Source: Malacoraja senta (taxonomy: Eukaryota). Taken from it: a stretch of 64,000 nt of DNA. The position numbers were made by a program, and so were the translations under genes. The stretch spans positions 10,418,001 to 10,482,000 of the forward strand of contig CM075988.1 of NCBI GenBank assembly GCA_038087875.1. Direction: 5' to 3'. The notes under the pieces were generated by a model that was not told the DNA's origin, made no database searches, and was given only the letters and a program-made list of their open reading frames with translations. Positions 24,305-38,085 of the stretch are shown here, piece by piece. Within the stretch, counting starts at the first letter, position 1; each line of letters starts with the position of its first letter.

Positions 24305-25062
24305 ATCCAATACGGTGTCAGCCTTGTCTGTCTTTTCGTCTTTTTTCTTATTTTTATTGTGTTTTAAAAAGTATGTGTTAATTGTCTCTGGTTTGTTTTA
24401 TGTGAGAGGTGGGGGGTGGGGGAGGGGGTCAGCAGAAACTCTTTTTCAATCTCTTACCTTGCCGGAGATGCAATTGTTTTCCGGATCGTATATCTGGTCG
24501 CTCTGCGGCCTAACATCATGGAGCTGGAGGCCTTCCTCGAGACTGACTTTGAGCCCCACTGCAGGGCCATGGACTTGCCATCGGAGCCTGCGATCCCTTG
24601 CCTGGTATCGATGCTCCAACCGCGGCCTTGCGAATTTCAACATCGAGGAGCTCGCAGTCTCTGGTAGAGACTGATGTCTGGAAGCTCAAGTCACAGGAGG
24701 TTCGACTAGCCCTGACCCGAGGTCCGATCGCCCGGTGCGGGGAGCTGAGATCCCCCCCCGATGCGGGAGCTTGATCGCCCCGATGCGGAGGGCCCAACCA
24801 CCAGCTATGGGAGCCAAGACCATCCCGTCAACGGAAGGCTCGAGGCCCCTGAATTTGGGAGGACAAAGAAGGAAAGAGATTTAACTTTTTTTCACCTTCC
24901 ATCACAGTGAAGAATGTGGAGGAGTCACTGTGGTGGATGTTTATGTTAAAATGTATTTTGTGTGTCTTGTTGCTTTTTATTGGTATGACTATATGGCAAA
25001 TCAAATTCCTCGTATGTTGCAAAACATACTTGGCTAATAAAGTATAATTATGATTATGATTA
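24305..25062 (+). mobile_element. GC/CpG-rich non-coding retroposon with a LINE-like 3' end
   Basis: Ends with a GTATGTTGCAAAACATAC stem-loop, AATAAA and a (TATGAT)n tail. The 5' boundary is approximate. Confidence 0.55.
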
Positions 25063-27564
25063 TATCAACGTGCACCTCTTTAGTAGTTGGATGAAAGAGA
25101 TTTAAATGATGGATATGTGAAATTGGAGAAGTGATGGCCGAGAGTGGTCAGCAGGCCATGGCATCAATGGGAAGACAAACAAAGTCAGTTTCGGGTTAAG
25201 TTCACCCAAGGTCAGGATCAAACGCTGGTCTCTGGTGCACTCTGCTCTAACAGCTGCCTGCATTTGCCCCATATCCCTCTAAACCTATCCTATCCATGTA
25301 CCTATCTCAATGCATTTTAAACATTGTGATGGTACCTGCTTCAACTACCTCCTTCTGAAGCTCGTTCCATACACCTGCCACTTTTTGAGTAAAAACAAGT
25401 TACCCCTCAGGTTCTTATTTAATCTTTTCCTCCCTCATCGTTAACTTGTGTCTTGTATTCCCCTACTCCTACTCATCTACAGGTTGCTTTTCCCTATGAT
25501 GCAAATGGTGCTGATGCTGGTCACTAAACATTGTCTAAAGGTTAGGTCAATACGTGATGAATAGAAGCTGACCATCCATATTGATAAAGATACACTCCTG
25601 TTCAAACAGAACCTTTCTTCGTTTGGGGATACAGCATGGAAACAGTTGCTTTGGCCCATCGAGTCCTTGTTGACCATTGATCACCCATTCACACTAGTTC
25701 TGTTATCTCACTTTCGTATCCAATTCCGAGATATTAAAGGAAATTGTAAAGGCCAATTACCCTACAAATCCTTGCGTGTTTGGGATGTGAGAGGAAACCG
25801 CAGCTAAAATTCTGGAGTAATTCAGCGGATCAGGCAGCATTTCTGGAGAAAATGGATAGGTGAGGTTTTGGGTCAGGCTGCTTCAGATTGATTCTGGTTT
25901 CCTCCCACACTCTAACGACATGAAGGGTTATAGGTTAATTGGCTTCTGTAAAAATAGTAAAATTGTCACTAGTGTTTGTAGGTGAGTGTACGAGGTGATC
26001 ACTGGTTGGCGTGGACTCGGTGGGCTAAAGGGCTTGGTTTCCACGCTGTTCCTCTAAAGTCAATGGTAACGTATTTTGGTAGTGTATCTAATAATATGAT
26101 GAAGGGATTCACCCTTAACCTTATTTGAAGCCTTGCTCTGGCCACTCATTATCTACATCTAAACCCTACTTGCAAAATGCATGAAGCTGCTGAGACTGGC
26201 TTGAGTTTAAGGCCTAATGTCAACAAGGCAGGCTACATTTGGCATCAAGTGTCAAAGGTGGTGTAGCATTTTGTTACCCATTTAGGAGACAATTAATTAA
26301 ATATGTATATGCCTAAACAATCACACCTTTTTGAGAAGCAACAATTGTGGGTTATATTTCATTATATGAATGATATAGTGGCTGAGTACAAATCCTGTGT
26401 TGTCAGGATCTGGTCTGTTTCAGGTACTGTGTGTTCACTGAGGAGCACCATATATTAGGTAACAGATAGCATCAATTACCTCAGGAAAGGACAGCAGTGT
26501 TAAGCAAAAACAACACTCATTAAATGTTCTACTTTTATTTACAACCACTGTTGGGTTGAATCTAATTTAAGAATGAATCCCTTTGCATTGTGCCTGCATG
26601 AGGTGTGATACTCCTGACAACTCTGAGTCAGGTTCACTGAATGTGTCAAAGTTCAGTAGCTGTTACTCTGTTCAAATGATAATTATACTCCTGCAATTCA
26701 TAACCTTGCAATATGTCACTGCAGTGACATTTGGGTTAACCCAAGACATTAATAACATTATCTTCAGGTAGCTTAACTATTTTTATTCATTTTGTTTATC
26801 TTCACACCGGATGTGCATCATTCCCTTTCTTGAGTTAACACTTGAGAAAAACACAGGATATCTATAATTTAATCAGAATAAGTGGGAAAGTTACATCCTG
26901 TGAATACAGAATATATAATTTGATAAAACATTCCAGGCTTGAGGTAACACCACTTTAAGAAAGTGTTTATTTGTAATTCCTTGCACTGCAATTCAGCAAT
27001 TTAAATTTTCACTCTGTCAGCTAAAGACCTCGTTTTGCCAGTTGATGCAATAGCAATGTATCACAGTTCCAGCAGTCAAAAAAAACTTCCTAAATCATTC
27101 GGACAAAACAAAAATGGAGTTCAAAGTTCAACCTTTTTACTTTTAATTTGTTGATCTGTGCAAGACGGAATTAGCAGAGAAATCCCTCAATTGTTGTCCG
27201 TTTGTGCGGGTGAGTGATAAGGAGTAAAAACACTGCATAGCATTGTCTATAACTGATTACTATTCAGAGGTGCCTGTTTATGGTAGAATAGACAGAATGG
27301 CAACAGGACTCTTGACCCATTGAGTCCAAGGTGACCATTAACCACCCATTACACTAATCCAATCTAATCTAGACCAATTTTATTCTTTCTTTATTGTTAT
27401 CAATTCCTCCCAGATTCTACCACTCCCCTACACACAAGGGGCAATTTACAGAGGACAATTAACCTACAAACCCACATGTCTTTGAGAGGAAACTGAAGGA
27501 CCTACAGGAAACTTTCATGGTCATCAGGAGAATGTGCAAACTCCTCGCAGACAGCACCCAATGT

Positions 27565-28055
27565 TAGGAAGATACTGCAGATGCTGGTTTAAAGATAGAT
27601 ACAAAATGCTGGAGTAACTCAGCAGGACAGGCAGCATCTCTGGAGAGAAGGTATGGGTGACATTTTGGGTCGAGATCCTTCTTCAAACTGATGTTAGGGG
27701 AGAGGGAGATACATAGATAAGCAAGTTTAAGGTGTGAAAATAAGACAAAAGGAATAGAGTCAAGGAAAATGTAGAACAGATCATTTACATTTGGGAGAAA
27801 GTAAAAACAAAGCAAACAGAGATAAAATGTAGTCGGGGACAGTCAGATTGGTCGGAGAACTGGAAGGGATGGAGAGAGATGGAAAGCAAGGGTTCCTTGA
27901 AGTTGGAGGTCAATGTGCTGGGCCTCACTCTGACAATGGAGGACACAAAAGTCAGTGTGGGAATGGGAGGGGGAGTTAAAGTGTTTAGCAACCGGGAGAT
28001 CAGGCAGGTTTAGGCGGACTGAGCGGAGGTGTTCAGCGAAACGATCGCCAAGCCT
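27565..28055 (-). mobile_element. Penelope-like element 3' fragment (GIY-YIG end plus pLTR)
   Basis: RLGDRFAEHLRSV...PVAKHFNSPSHSH, followed by the same terminal sequence that forms the short fold-back repeats elsewhere in the window. Confidence 0.85.
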
Positions 28056-31011
28056 AGAACAAGTGACTGAGCACACAATCCAACCGACACAAGTGTTGAG
28101 AGTTGGGATGTTAGGATATGTGCATGGTTGTGATGTGATTCAGGTCAATCTCAGAATAAAATCATGGTAGAATATCTATCCTGTTGTTTATAAGATTATG
28201 GTAGAATAAATATCAAGTTGTGTATGGGATAGATGTGTAAGGTTATGATGTGTATTCTATCAATTTATGTATCAGATTATGATGGGATTTGTAACTGTAC
28301 ATGCATTGAATGGGATGTGTATTGTATTGTGTATATTAGTGCTGTGGGATTTGACTATATCCAAGTACAGGATCCTGGTGGGATTTGTCTCTTGCATGTG
28401 TGATTGTGGTGCTAGCAGTTGGGAAAACGTTGATACAAATATTAAACAATATCACATATTTCATAGTTATCCTGAACTCCACGTGCCACCTCCAAAACAG
28501 AGTTTGGATCTCGGGGAGACTGAATGGGCCCTCAAAGAGTTGTAACACAGTCTAACCGGACCTTAAACTGGTTGAATTATGTGGACAGGTTACATAGTAC
28601 GACTTTGCATTCCCCTGAATTTAAAAGATAAAACACTAATCCAATTAAAATGTTCAAGCAAAGTAATTAGGGTGGATAGATTGTGTGTTAAATTCCTCTG
28701 GAGGGGAAGGCTAGAACAGAGGGTTACGACCTTCAAACTGATGCGAGAATATCTGGGATTAATGTCAAGAAAGGTTGCTTAATGCAAGTGGTGAAGAAAT
28801 CTGTAACATCTCTTCTCCAAAAGCTATTGAAGCAAATTAATTGAAAATTGCAGCACGTCGACTGATGGATTTTTTTGTTTCATGAGTGTGTTTAAGAATA
28901 TGGAATGAAGGTGGGTAATAGAGATAGAACAGACCAACACACTTGGTACAATGACAAAATCATGAGTATGTATGGCCTACACCTATTCCTATATTGACCT
29001 TTACAGAAACAAACAAATAGAGAAACCTAACTTAACAATCCTTCACTCCATAGGTGCTGCCGCACCCGCTGAGTTTCTCCAGCACTTTTGTCTACCTCCT
29101 ATTAACAATCCTTTGGATTTGTTTCTTGTGTCTTCTTGCTCTGATTAAGTTGCCCATGGCTGAGATTGAACCTAAGCGACTCTTTGAGAGATTGGATCAG
29201 GATATCCCATCTCTGTTACTTCTCTGGTGGCCAATTGATTGTAACTGAAGCCATCCATATTTATACACTGGATTTAATTTCAGTTTTCCAGTTTCAGATA
29301 TTCAGAAGCAAAGGTTTCTAGGCAATCGGATTTGTTTCTGATTGATTTGGGAAATAGTTGCCACAGATCTTACGATATGAGTGGTTTCTTTATGATCTGG
29401 AGTATCTGAATCTAGAATGTTATGTTTAGTTTATTGTCATGTGTACCGAGGTACAATGTAAAGCCTTTGTTGCACGCTAACCAATCAGCGGAAAGCCAAT
29501 ACGTGATTATAATCGAGCTATCTACAGTGTACAGGTACGTGATAAAGGAAATAATGATCAGTGCAAGGTAAAATCAGGGTAAAGATTGCCCGAGGGTCAC
29601 CAATGAGGTAGATGGTAGCTCAGGACAGCTCTCTAGTTGTTGACAGAATGGTTGAGTTGCCTGATAACAGCTGGTGAGAAACTGTCCTGGAATCTGGTGT
29701 GCTTTTTCACACTTCTGTTCTTCTTGCCTGATGGGAGAAGGGAGAAGAGGGAGTGATCAAGGTGAGACTCATCCTTTTATTATGCTGGTGGCCTTGCCGA
29801 GACAGCGTGAGGTATAAATGGAGTCAATTGAAGGGAATGTTGTTCTGACTGTTGAGTGGGAGTGTGGTTATGAAGTGGCCTCACTGGTCATTATCATAGC
29901 TTGTTTCCAACCACGATCCATCATATAAAATGAAGGATCTTTGAACACAGTCTTCTACTGGAGATGTGCTGGGTGATATCAACAAAAAAAATGTGGTTAG
30001 AGATGTTAACAATAGATATCATCTCCTTAGAAGGATGCGGATAGACTGATTGAAAGTCACAGATGGGAAGTGGGAGCATTGATTGAACCAGTGAATATAA
30101 AATCTACAATGTTATTTTGAACTTAAAAGAAAGCAATTCCTTTTTTATTCATTCTTGCAGCAAGAAAACATAAATCTAACACAAAGGTGAATGTCTGGAA
30201 TGCGCTGTCAGGATTGGTGGTTGAGACAGATACGATAGTGGCATTTAAGAGGCTTTTGGTTAGGCAAATGGTTATGGAGGAGTATGGATTATATACAATT
30301 ATCAGAGATGGTTTTGGCATTATGTACAGCACAGACTTTGTGGGCCAAAAGGCCCGTTCTTGTGGTCTGAAGAAGGGTCTCGACCCGAACGTCACTCATT
30401 CCTTCTCTCCAAACATGCTCCCTGTCCTGCTCAGTTACTCCAGCTTTTTGTGTCTATCTTCGATTTAAACCAGCATCTGCAGTTCCTTCTTACACTGTTC
30501 TTGTGCAGTACTGTTCTATGTTCTATGTTGATTCCAGAGAGCTATAGAAAGAGTTAAATTTTCAAGTTGACAATGATGCTTGTAAATTTGTTGGATATAA
30601 GAGAAAGAAGGTATATATTAATTTACTAATGGACAGAAGAAATTATGATTAATATCACTTGACAGACTCAATTCGTCCTTGGAGGATTGCCATTTATTTA
30701 ATAAATAAAAAATCTATTACCGAGGTGCATTTTAATGCACTGGACCAATATCCAGCAGTGCAGTAAGAAAGCACTGTGATGATTAAGGAAAAAAAGCTTC
30801 TTGGGGTCAGTATAATTGACAGCAAAATGTGCACGCTTTAAAATTCAGTCCATTTCTCCAAAATCTGAATCAATGCACATCAAATAAAAATACATAACAA
30901 AGGCAGGCTTTTCACAGAGATGTAAAAGGAATGCTTCTTACATGATATTGGCATTTTCTGCACTCACTAATTCCATTCAGATGGATTTTTATCTCTTCTC
31001 CTTTTTCACAG

Positions 31012-31091
31012 AATGATGCCAGTGTCACTAGCAATTTATCCGTATCCCTCTGTTGCATACAATAACGGCTTGGAGATCCTGATCATTTTGG
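31012..31091 (+). CDS. Candidate 80-nt host exon, peptide MMPVSLAIYPYPSVAYNNGLEILIIL (unidentified)
   Basis: Strong acceptor TCTCTTCTCCTTTTTCACAG| and donor TGG|GTAAGA, one open frame, in non-repeat sequence. Confidence 0.5.
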
Positions 31092-31420
31092 GTAAGAAAT
31101 TTCCCTTATTTCTCCAGTTTCGGTCAACAGTTTTCTTTTCCTCCTGTCAACAGTAAAATGTTGCATTAAAATGTCTGCATTGATATATGTTTATGTTAAA
31201 CTGTGGTACCCAGTGTAAGAAAGGTCTGGCTCTTTGACATTTACTTGAGTACACTGGTGTATTTTAATGCATAGTTTTCTGTCAGAGACATATCAATACC
31301 ACTGCACAAACCAAATGTTCTCACAGTCACCAGCTCAGAATCAGCTTAAATTGTTCATTTTCTGACCAATGTAAAAGATTGTAGCTGAGGAGCGTGATTC
31401 ATCTCAACATCACTAAGGAT

Positions 31421-31690
31421 GAGCAGCGCAGTGGCGCAGCAGTAGAATTGCCGCCTCATAGCGTCACAGACCCGGGTTCGATACAGAGTTCAGACATTCT
31501 CCCTGATCCATTCTCCATGGATTTTCCTCCCACACTCCAAAAACGTACAGGTTTGTAGGTTATTTGGCGTCGGTAAAATAGTAAAATTGTCCCTGGTGTG
31601 TAGGATAGTGTTGGTGTACAGATATCGCAGCATGGCGCAGACTTGCTGGGCCAAAGGGCCAGTTTCTGTGCTGTATCTCTAAAGTCTAAA
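31421..31690 (+). mobile_element. tRNA-derived SINE (internally deleted)
   Basis: A box TGGCGCAGCAGTAG, B box GGGTTCGAT, CR1-like tail. Confidence 0.85.
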
Positions 31691-31859
31691 GATGGATGGG
31701 GCAAGGTCACACATCTATTTGCCACTTCAGTGTTTCTCAGTTTGATTACATCATGACTGATCTATGTGTCAGTTGCATTTACGTGCTTTTATTTGTGTCC
31801 AGTGGAATATAATGTGACAAAGGTTATCTCTTTGGAAAAACTGAAATATAGGCAGAGTT

Positions 31860-32480
31860 TTTTTAAGGTAAGAACTTGTAGGGTGATATGGTTCATGGTG
31901 GGAACTTCCACACAAGATCATTGAGAGTTAATATAAAGGTGCAGCAACAATTAGTCAGGTAAATAGTACATTGACCTTTATTGCAGGAGGATTTGGTTCA
32001 AAAGTAGAGATGATTGCTCCAATTATACAGGCAAGACCACATGTTGAATAGTGTGCCCATTCTGATCTCCCTATTTAAAGCATGGCATACTTTCCAAGAG
32101 TGCAGCAAAGGCTCACCAGACTGATTCAGATTTGTCATATTGGGGGAAATTAAGTAGACTGGGCCTATTCTCTCTGGAGTTTGGAAGAACGCAAGAAGGA
32201 ATCATCAAAAGATACACAATTCTTTCAGCGGTTGACTCAGTAGATGCAGAATTGATATTTCCTTGTGGCCTGGATATCTAGAACACAGTCTCAAAGTAAG
32301 AGGATGGTCATTCAGGATTGAAATGAGGAAAATATTTCTTCACCCATTATAAATCTCTGGAATTCTCTCGCAAGAGGACTTTGGGGACTTAATCACTGTG
32401 TATATTTTGGACAGAGGTGGATAGGTTTTTGGATGTTAAGGGAATCAAAGGTAAGGGTATAGGAAAGTGGTGCTGAAGAG
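31860..32480 (+). mobile_element. Old CR1 3' remnant
   Basis: Diverged match to the reverse complement of 5738-6480. Confidence 0.7.
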
Positions 32481-33919
32481 ATGAGGATAAGTGCCTTTAT
32501 TCTGTGGGTTGAAAATCAATGGAAGCTTCTCCCTCAACAGCCAGCTAATAGAGTCTGTTCATAGCTGAGATCAATACAAGGAGTTATAGTCATAGAGAGA
32601 CACAGCATGGGAGTGGGCCTTTCAGTCCATTGAATCCACATTAACCACTCATCCTACATCAACCCTATTTTTCAATCCAATTCTTTAGACACCCCCAGAT
32701 TCTACCACTGACCTACACACTGTGGGCAATTTACAGTGGCCAATTGAGCTACCAACCCACACACCTTTTAGAAGCTGAAGGTAACCAGAGTATTTGAAAG
32801 AAACCAACATGTCACACAGGGAACATGCATACACCATACAGGGAGCACCAGGGATCAGAATTGAACCATGTTAGGACTTTCAAAGGAATGTGAAGTAGTT
32901 AAAGTATAAGATTTGACACTGCATGGTGTTCCCTGTTTTTGCATATTATTTTATGCCCATTGGTTCTAACTGGTAACATTCCAGTGAATCATCACTGAAA
33001 CCCTTCCAAGACCAATCTTGCACTTTGGTCCTGAAAAGAGCGCACCAGATGGGATCTGACAACGGAGCAGAAACAAGCACATATTCGGTGATACAAGCAC
33101 AACTGATGAGTGCAATGTCCCACAGCCTTATCAAATGCTTTTAGAGATTCCCTGTAATCCTGAGCAAGTAACCTACTCAAAAATATTAGCTCAGTTATCA
33201 ATAATCACTTGCCCTTCATCCTACTATATTCATTCAACTACCGTTATATTATCAATGATAGACTGACAGGTCAATGGTAACCTGCATTCTTTCTTCCCAT
33301 CCATTTTCATCCAGTGAAGTAAGCTTTGCAATTTTCTATATTCAGATATTTGGAAAATTATGATTTATTCATCTGAAATGTTCTCGTGCATTTCTTTCAA
33401 TGCCCATTCGGCTAACAAGTACTGGCCTTTTTTCCTACTTGAAGCCCAATTATTTTCTAGATTGTCATATTTTGCATGTGTTAAGACCCTTGCCTTCCTG
33501 CGCTTGACATATTGACGCTCCCTTGTTCTGCTGCTACTTTGTCATTTTACTCCACTGTGAAAGTGGAAAGAAAGATCATCTTATTTTCCATTATATTCTT
33601 GCTAACATATGGCTTCACAATGGCAAAGCACATTTATACAGATGTCTTAAAATAATAAAAATTCCCATAGGAGTTAACAGGCATGTCATCACCTTCTTAA
33701 GGAGATGTCAGACGCAAATATAATAGTAGTCACATACTGGTAGAGTCTCAGGTAGTGGCTTCGGCCAAAGATAAAGTTACTGACTAGTGAGGCAGTTTTA
33801 TCTGAGACCCAGAGACAATAGCTTTATTATTCCTGATATTTATTCATAATGCAGAAATCCTCCATTCATGGAGTATTGAATGGCGTATAATCATAATGTG
33901 GCAGGCGAGGTATAGATAG

Positions 33920-34365
33920 AACTGGAATGTTGCCTGGATTGAAGAGTTTCAGCTACAGGGAGAGATTGGATAGACTTGGATTGAATTTTCTGGAATGTTG
34001 AGTTTGAGCGGAGGCTTGATAGATGCATATAAAATATGAGGTACATAGATAGTGTAGACAGTCAGAACCTTTTTTCCCCAGGGTGGAAATGTTCAACACT
34101 AGAGGACAAACCTATAAGGTGAAAGGGGAAGGTTTAATTGAAATGTGCAGGGCAAGATTTTTTACAGAGAGAGTGGTGGGGGCCTGGAATGCACTGCAGG
34201 AGATGGTGGTGGAAGCAGATATGATAGTGGCGTTTACAAGTCTTTTAGGTAGCATGTGGAAATGCAGAAAATGGAGGGATATGTATTGTGTACAGGCAGT
34301 TGAGGTCATTTTAACTTGGATTCATATTCGGCACAAACATTGTGGGCTAAACTGTTCTATGTTGA
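33920..34365 (+). mobile_element. CR1 3' remnant
   Basis: TRG..KVKG...FFTERVVGAWNAL motif. Confidence 0.8.
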
Positions 34366-34871
34366 ACATGTTGGAAGTGCTCAATGGGGCAAGCAGCATC
34401 TGTAGGTAGAAAAAGAGAGTTTATATTTCAGATGGAAGACTCTGGGACAAGCATTTTCTATTTTAATTCAGGTTTTCAGCATTTGCTGTCCTTTAGATAT
34501 TTGGAGATACTAGAAGGGTTGAGGAAGTAGTGATGAGGACAAGTGGTGTGCTATCATGTGTGGGACATTGTTATTGAATTGATTTAAAGATGCATTTGGT
34601 GTAACCACTTAACTCAAAATGAACACTTGGTTAGATTGCATGTCTGGTAACGCAAGTTATAAATAAGTTATACAATTGGAACGTAGTCATTGCCCTGAAT
34701 GTTAATCTATCCATAGTTGGACATGTGTGTTATATTGCACTGATGAAAGCAACAACGTTTAATCAAAAGTTAGATACAAGGAACTGCAGATGCCATTTTA
34801 CAAAAGAAGACACAAAGTGCTGGAGTAACTCAATGCGGCTGGCAGCTTCTCAGAAGCACATGAATAGGTGA

Positions 34872-35067
34872 TAGAACATAGAACATAAAAAATAGGTATA
34901 GGAGTAGGCCATTCGGCCCTTCGAGCTAACACGCCATTCAATATGATTATGGCCGATCATCCAAAATCAGATTCCCCCATTCCTGCTTTCTCCCCATATT
35001 CCTTGATTCCATTTGCCCAAAGAGCTATATCTAACTCCCTTGAATACATCCAGTGAATTGGCCTCCA
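34872..35067 (-). mobile_element. Short CR1 3' end inserted in a Penelope-derived repeat
   Basis: Matches 5745-5925. The two flanks rejoin to the PLE repeat consensus. Confidence 0.8.
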
Positions 35068-35949
35068 AATTGGGTCAGAACTCTACTTCAGACAAAGGTT
35101 TGTTTGTAGTCTGAGTTACCTCAATAGATCTTAGACAGAATGGTGAGATGTTGGGCAAGGTTTTAGAGAACACCAATACCAAAACCACAAGGATAAATAA
35201 GAAAGGATTGACTGTTGTGACAATCACACAGGATGTATTTTTCTTACTTTATGACAGACTTTCAATAACCTGGCAGAAACGGAAGGAGGAATTCCTTTTA
35301 TTTTATTTGTGGCTTTCATCTCCAGAACGGCTCGATTTCTAGTTTCCTTTGCTACGGTGAAAGTTGCTAGGGCTATGCTTTCAAAGGACATTTCTATTGA
35401 TTCCTTCCAGAGAAATTATGCTTTTAAAATGCTTGGGCTCACCTTTCCATGCACTGTCTTGTTGAGTGCAAGTACTTCGCCTCTTTCTTGTGTAAGCTTT
35501 GCATACTAGGGAAAAGTATTGGGGGGGGGGGGGGTTTCCGACCAAATCATTCTTCAAATACTTCCATTGTTTACATGTTTATTCAATAATTGAATCTTCA
35601 CATAACATAACATATTGTCTGAGCATTTTCTTTCACCCTGACGATGCTAACATCGGATTCATTCATTGTACGATCACCATTTGTAAGATGTTCACTTACT
35701 GTCAAATTATCAGCTAATTTTGATTTGTTTTTCATTACTAAATCAATGAGGCAGTTCAGCTCAAAAAGTGTATTGTTCTGGAAAGCGATCGTGAATACAT
35801 TGCAGGAATTCATTGCCATTAATTCTTCTGAAGTGCAATTAACCCACACCCATTGATTGCACTGCAGGCAAGGTGCCAACATCCTGCTCTCCACGCAGTG
35901 TCCAGCTGGCCTTACTGTCAGTTGGCTGCCTGCACACATAGGAGTCAAT

Positions 35950-36960
35950 ATCTTTAGTGTCTGGCAACTCCTCAAGCAAATGAGGCCATCCATCCCTGAA
36001 AGCAGCGTCACGAAAGATGTTCATGCATGGGATGACGTGCCAAATGACATTCGTGCCAAAAACCGGCAGCTAGCAATGACAATCTCAAACAAATCGGTCT
36101 AACTTACCTACCTTTGATATTCGATGGCGTTACAATCAGAGGCTCCCACTAGCAATCTCCTTGGGGCGCCACTGCATAAAAATAGAGTCTACCAAAACAG
36201 ATACTGAGCGTCCTGGGGTTTATGCTTCAGCTCCTGAGCCTCCAAAGTCTTTCTGTCATTTACAATGCATGTATGAAGTGTGTTTAGTTTAGTTTAGCAG
36301 AGATACTACGGGGAAACAGGCCCATCGGCCCACCGAGTCCAAGCCGTCCAGCGATCCCCGCACACTAACACTATCCTACACACACTAGGGACAATTTACA
36401 ATTATGCCAAGCCAATTAGCCTACAAACCTGCATTTCTTCACAGTGTGGGAGAAAACCGGAGCTCCAGGAGAAAACCCACACAGGTCACGGGGAGAACGT
36501 ACAAACTCCATACAGACAGCACCTGCAGTCAGGATCGAACCCGGGTCTCTGACGCTGTCAGGCAGCAACTCTACTGCTGCGCCACCATGCCGCCCTGTGT
36601 GATGGAACATGCGCCGATTGCCTGAATGAGTGCAGTTCCAATAATTCGAGGAGCTCAACATTGGCCAAGGACAAAGCAACCTGCTCTATGGGTACCCTCA
36701 TAATTTGTCCCCGAGCATAGTTTACCCTCAATGTTCTGTAATTGCTCACTTAATCTACTTCAATGTCATATCCTATAGTCACTACTTCTACTGTTTAAGA
36801 TTAGATATTCAGGCACATGGGAACACCACCACCTACATTTTCCCCTCCAAGTCTGACACCATCCTCACTTTGAATGTTATCACTGTTCTTTCAGTTTTTG
36901 GGTCTAAATCCTGGAACTCCCTCTTCAGTACTCTGAGGCACTTTCGCCAGAAGGACTGTG
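35950..36960 (+). mobile_element. Old L2/CR1-group LINE remnant, interrupted by a minus-strand SINE at 36283-36597
   Basis: Decayed RT C-terminal sequence (GTGTGATGGAACATGCGCCGATTGCCTGAATGAGTGCAG). A related 3' piece lies on the minus strand at ~55060-55210. Confidence 0.6.
36283..36597 (-). mobile_element. tRNA-derived SINE, full length
   Basis: Reverse complement of the 62012-62320 family with a (TAAAC)n tail. Confidence 0.9.
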
Positions 36961-37797
36961 TGGTTCAGAAGGATGAAGCTCCCGAGCCAAATCTTTCTCT
37001 AAATGCCAGGCAGTGTCGATATCAGCTGTTCGTGCCTGCAAATAAAATCAACAGATGTTGCGATAACACTATTACTGTCTTCTGTCAGGCGAGAATATTC
37101 TTCTTTGGGATTTTGATAAACCTGAACTTCATTGAGGAGGGGAAAACACAAGATGGATCTGACCTATTTCCAAGAGAGAAACTCTTTCTAAAAATGTCCA
37201 AAGTCAGATGCCTTGGAATGAAGATGAGGAAAACACTTTAAAATGTTTTATTTATTTTCTGAGTTGCCTCAATAGATCCTGGACGGAATGGAGAGATGAA
37301 GCACTTTTTTACGTTACAATAAGTGGTGGACCCAGATTCAAATATTCAATCACTTGAAAAGTATTTGTTGGAAAATTAAATTACAAGACAATATGGAGAG
37401 GGGAAGAGGGCCATGGGATCAGCTAGATTGTTCTTGCATGGAGCCAGCAAAGCTTCATGGGCTGGATGGTCTGTTTCCAAGCTGTAATCATTCTGAACTG
37501 CTTCTTCTTCTTCTTAAGCCCTTTGCTCCTCTAGGGAGCATAGGACATTGACAAATGTCCTCCACCTTACTCGATTGTTGGCAGTTCTTTCGAGATCTCC
37601 CCTGTTGAGCCCACTCTCAGACATTTCCGTCTCATTCTGTAGCTCTGTGATTATTTATTCTCAATCATGCTGGGATTGTTGTCGCGTCTCTGCAATCATT
37701 GCAAAATCACACCTTCTAAACTGTAAATTGGCACATTTAAAATGGAAGCCTTGTCTCCCAAGCCTGCAGGATCAGAATCAGTCTCACTACTCACCAT

Positions 37798-38085
37798 CGG
37801 CATGGTGGCACAGTGGTAGAGTTGCTGCCTTACACCACCAGAGACCCGGGTTCAATCCTGACTACAGGTGTTTGTACATTTTCCCTGTGACCACATGGAT
37901 TTTCTGCGTGTGCTCCAGTTTCTTGCCACCCTACAAAGACGTCTAGGTTTGTAGGTGAATTGGCTTCAGTAAAAAAATTGTCGGTAGTGTTAATTTTTTG
38001 GTGTCAGTGTTCAGCATGTCGATGGTCGGTGTGGACTCAGTGAACCAAAGGGCCTGTTTCCACCCAGTATCTCTAAAGCCTAAAG
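37798..38085 (+). mobile_element. tRNA-derived SINE
   Basis: A/B boxes, central domain and tail match the family. Confidence 0.85.

Noticed and set aside
27165..27209. Possible 45-nt plus-strand exon with a CGG|GTGAGT donor
   Set aside because: AAG acceptor, and the frame compatible with the 31012 exon contains a stop. It could be a UTR exon but is unsupported.
28094..28546. Possible third solo LTR (TGTT...AACA)
   Set aside because: No matching TSD found.
35598..36253. 137-aa minus-strand ORF and apparent minus-strand donor near 36110
   Set aside because: Overlaps a decayed plus-strand LINE remnant and gives no recognisable protein.
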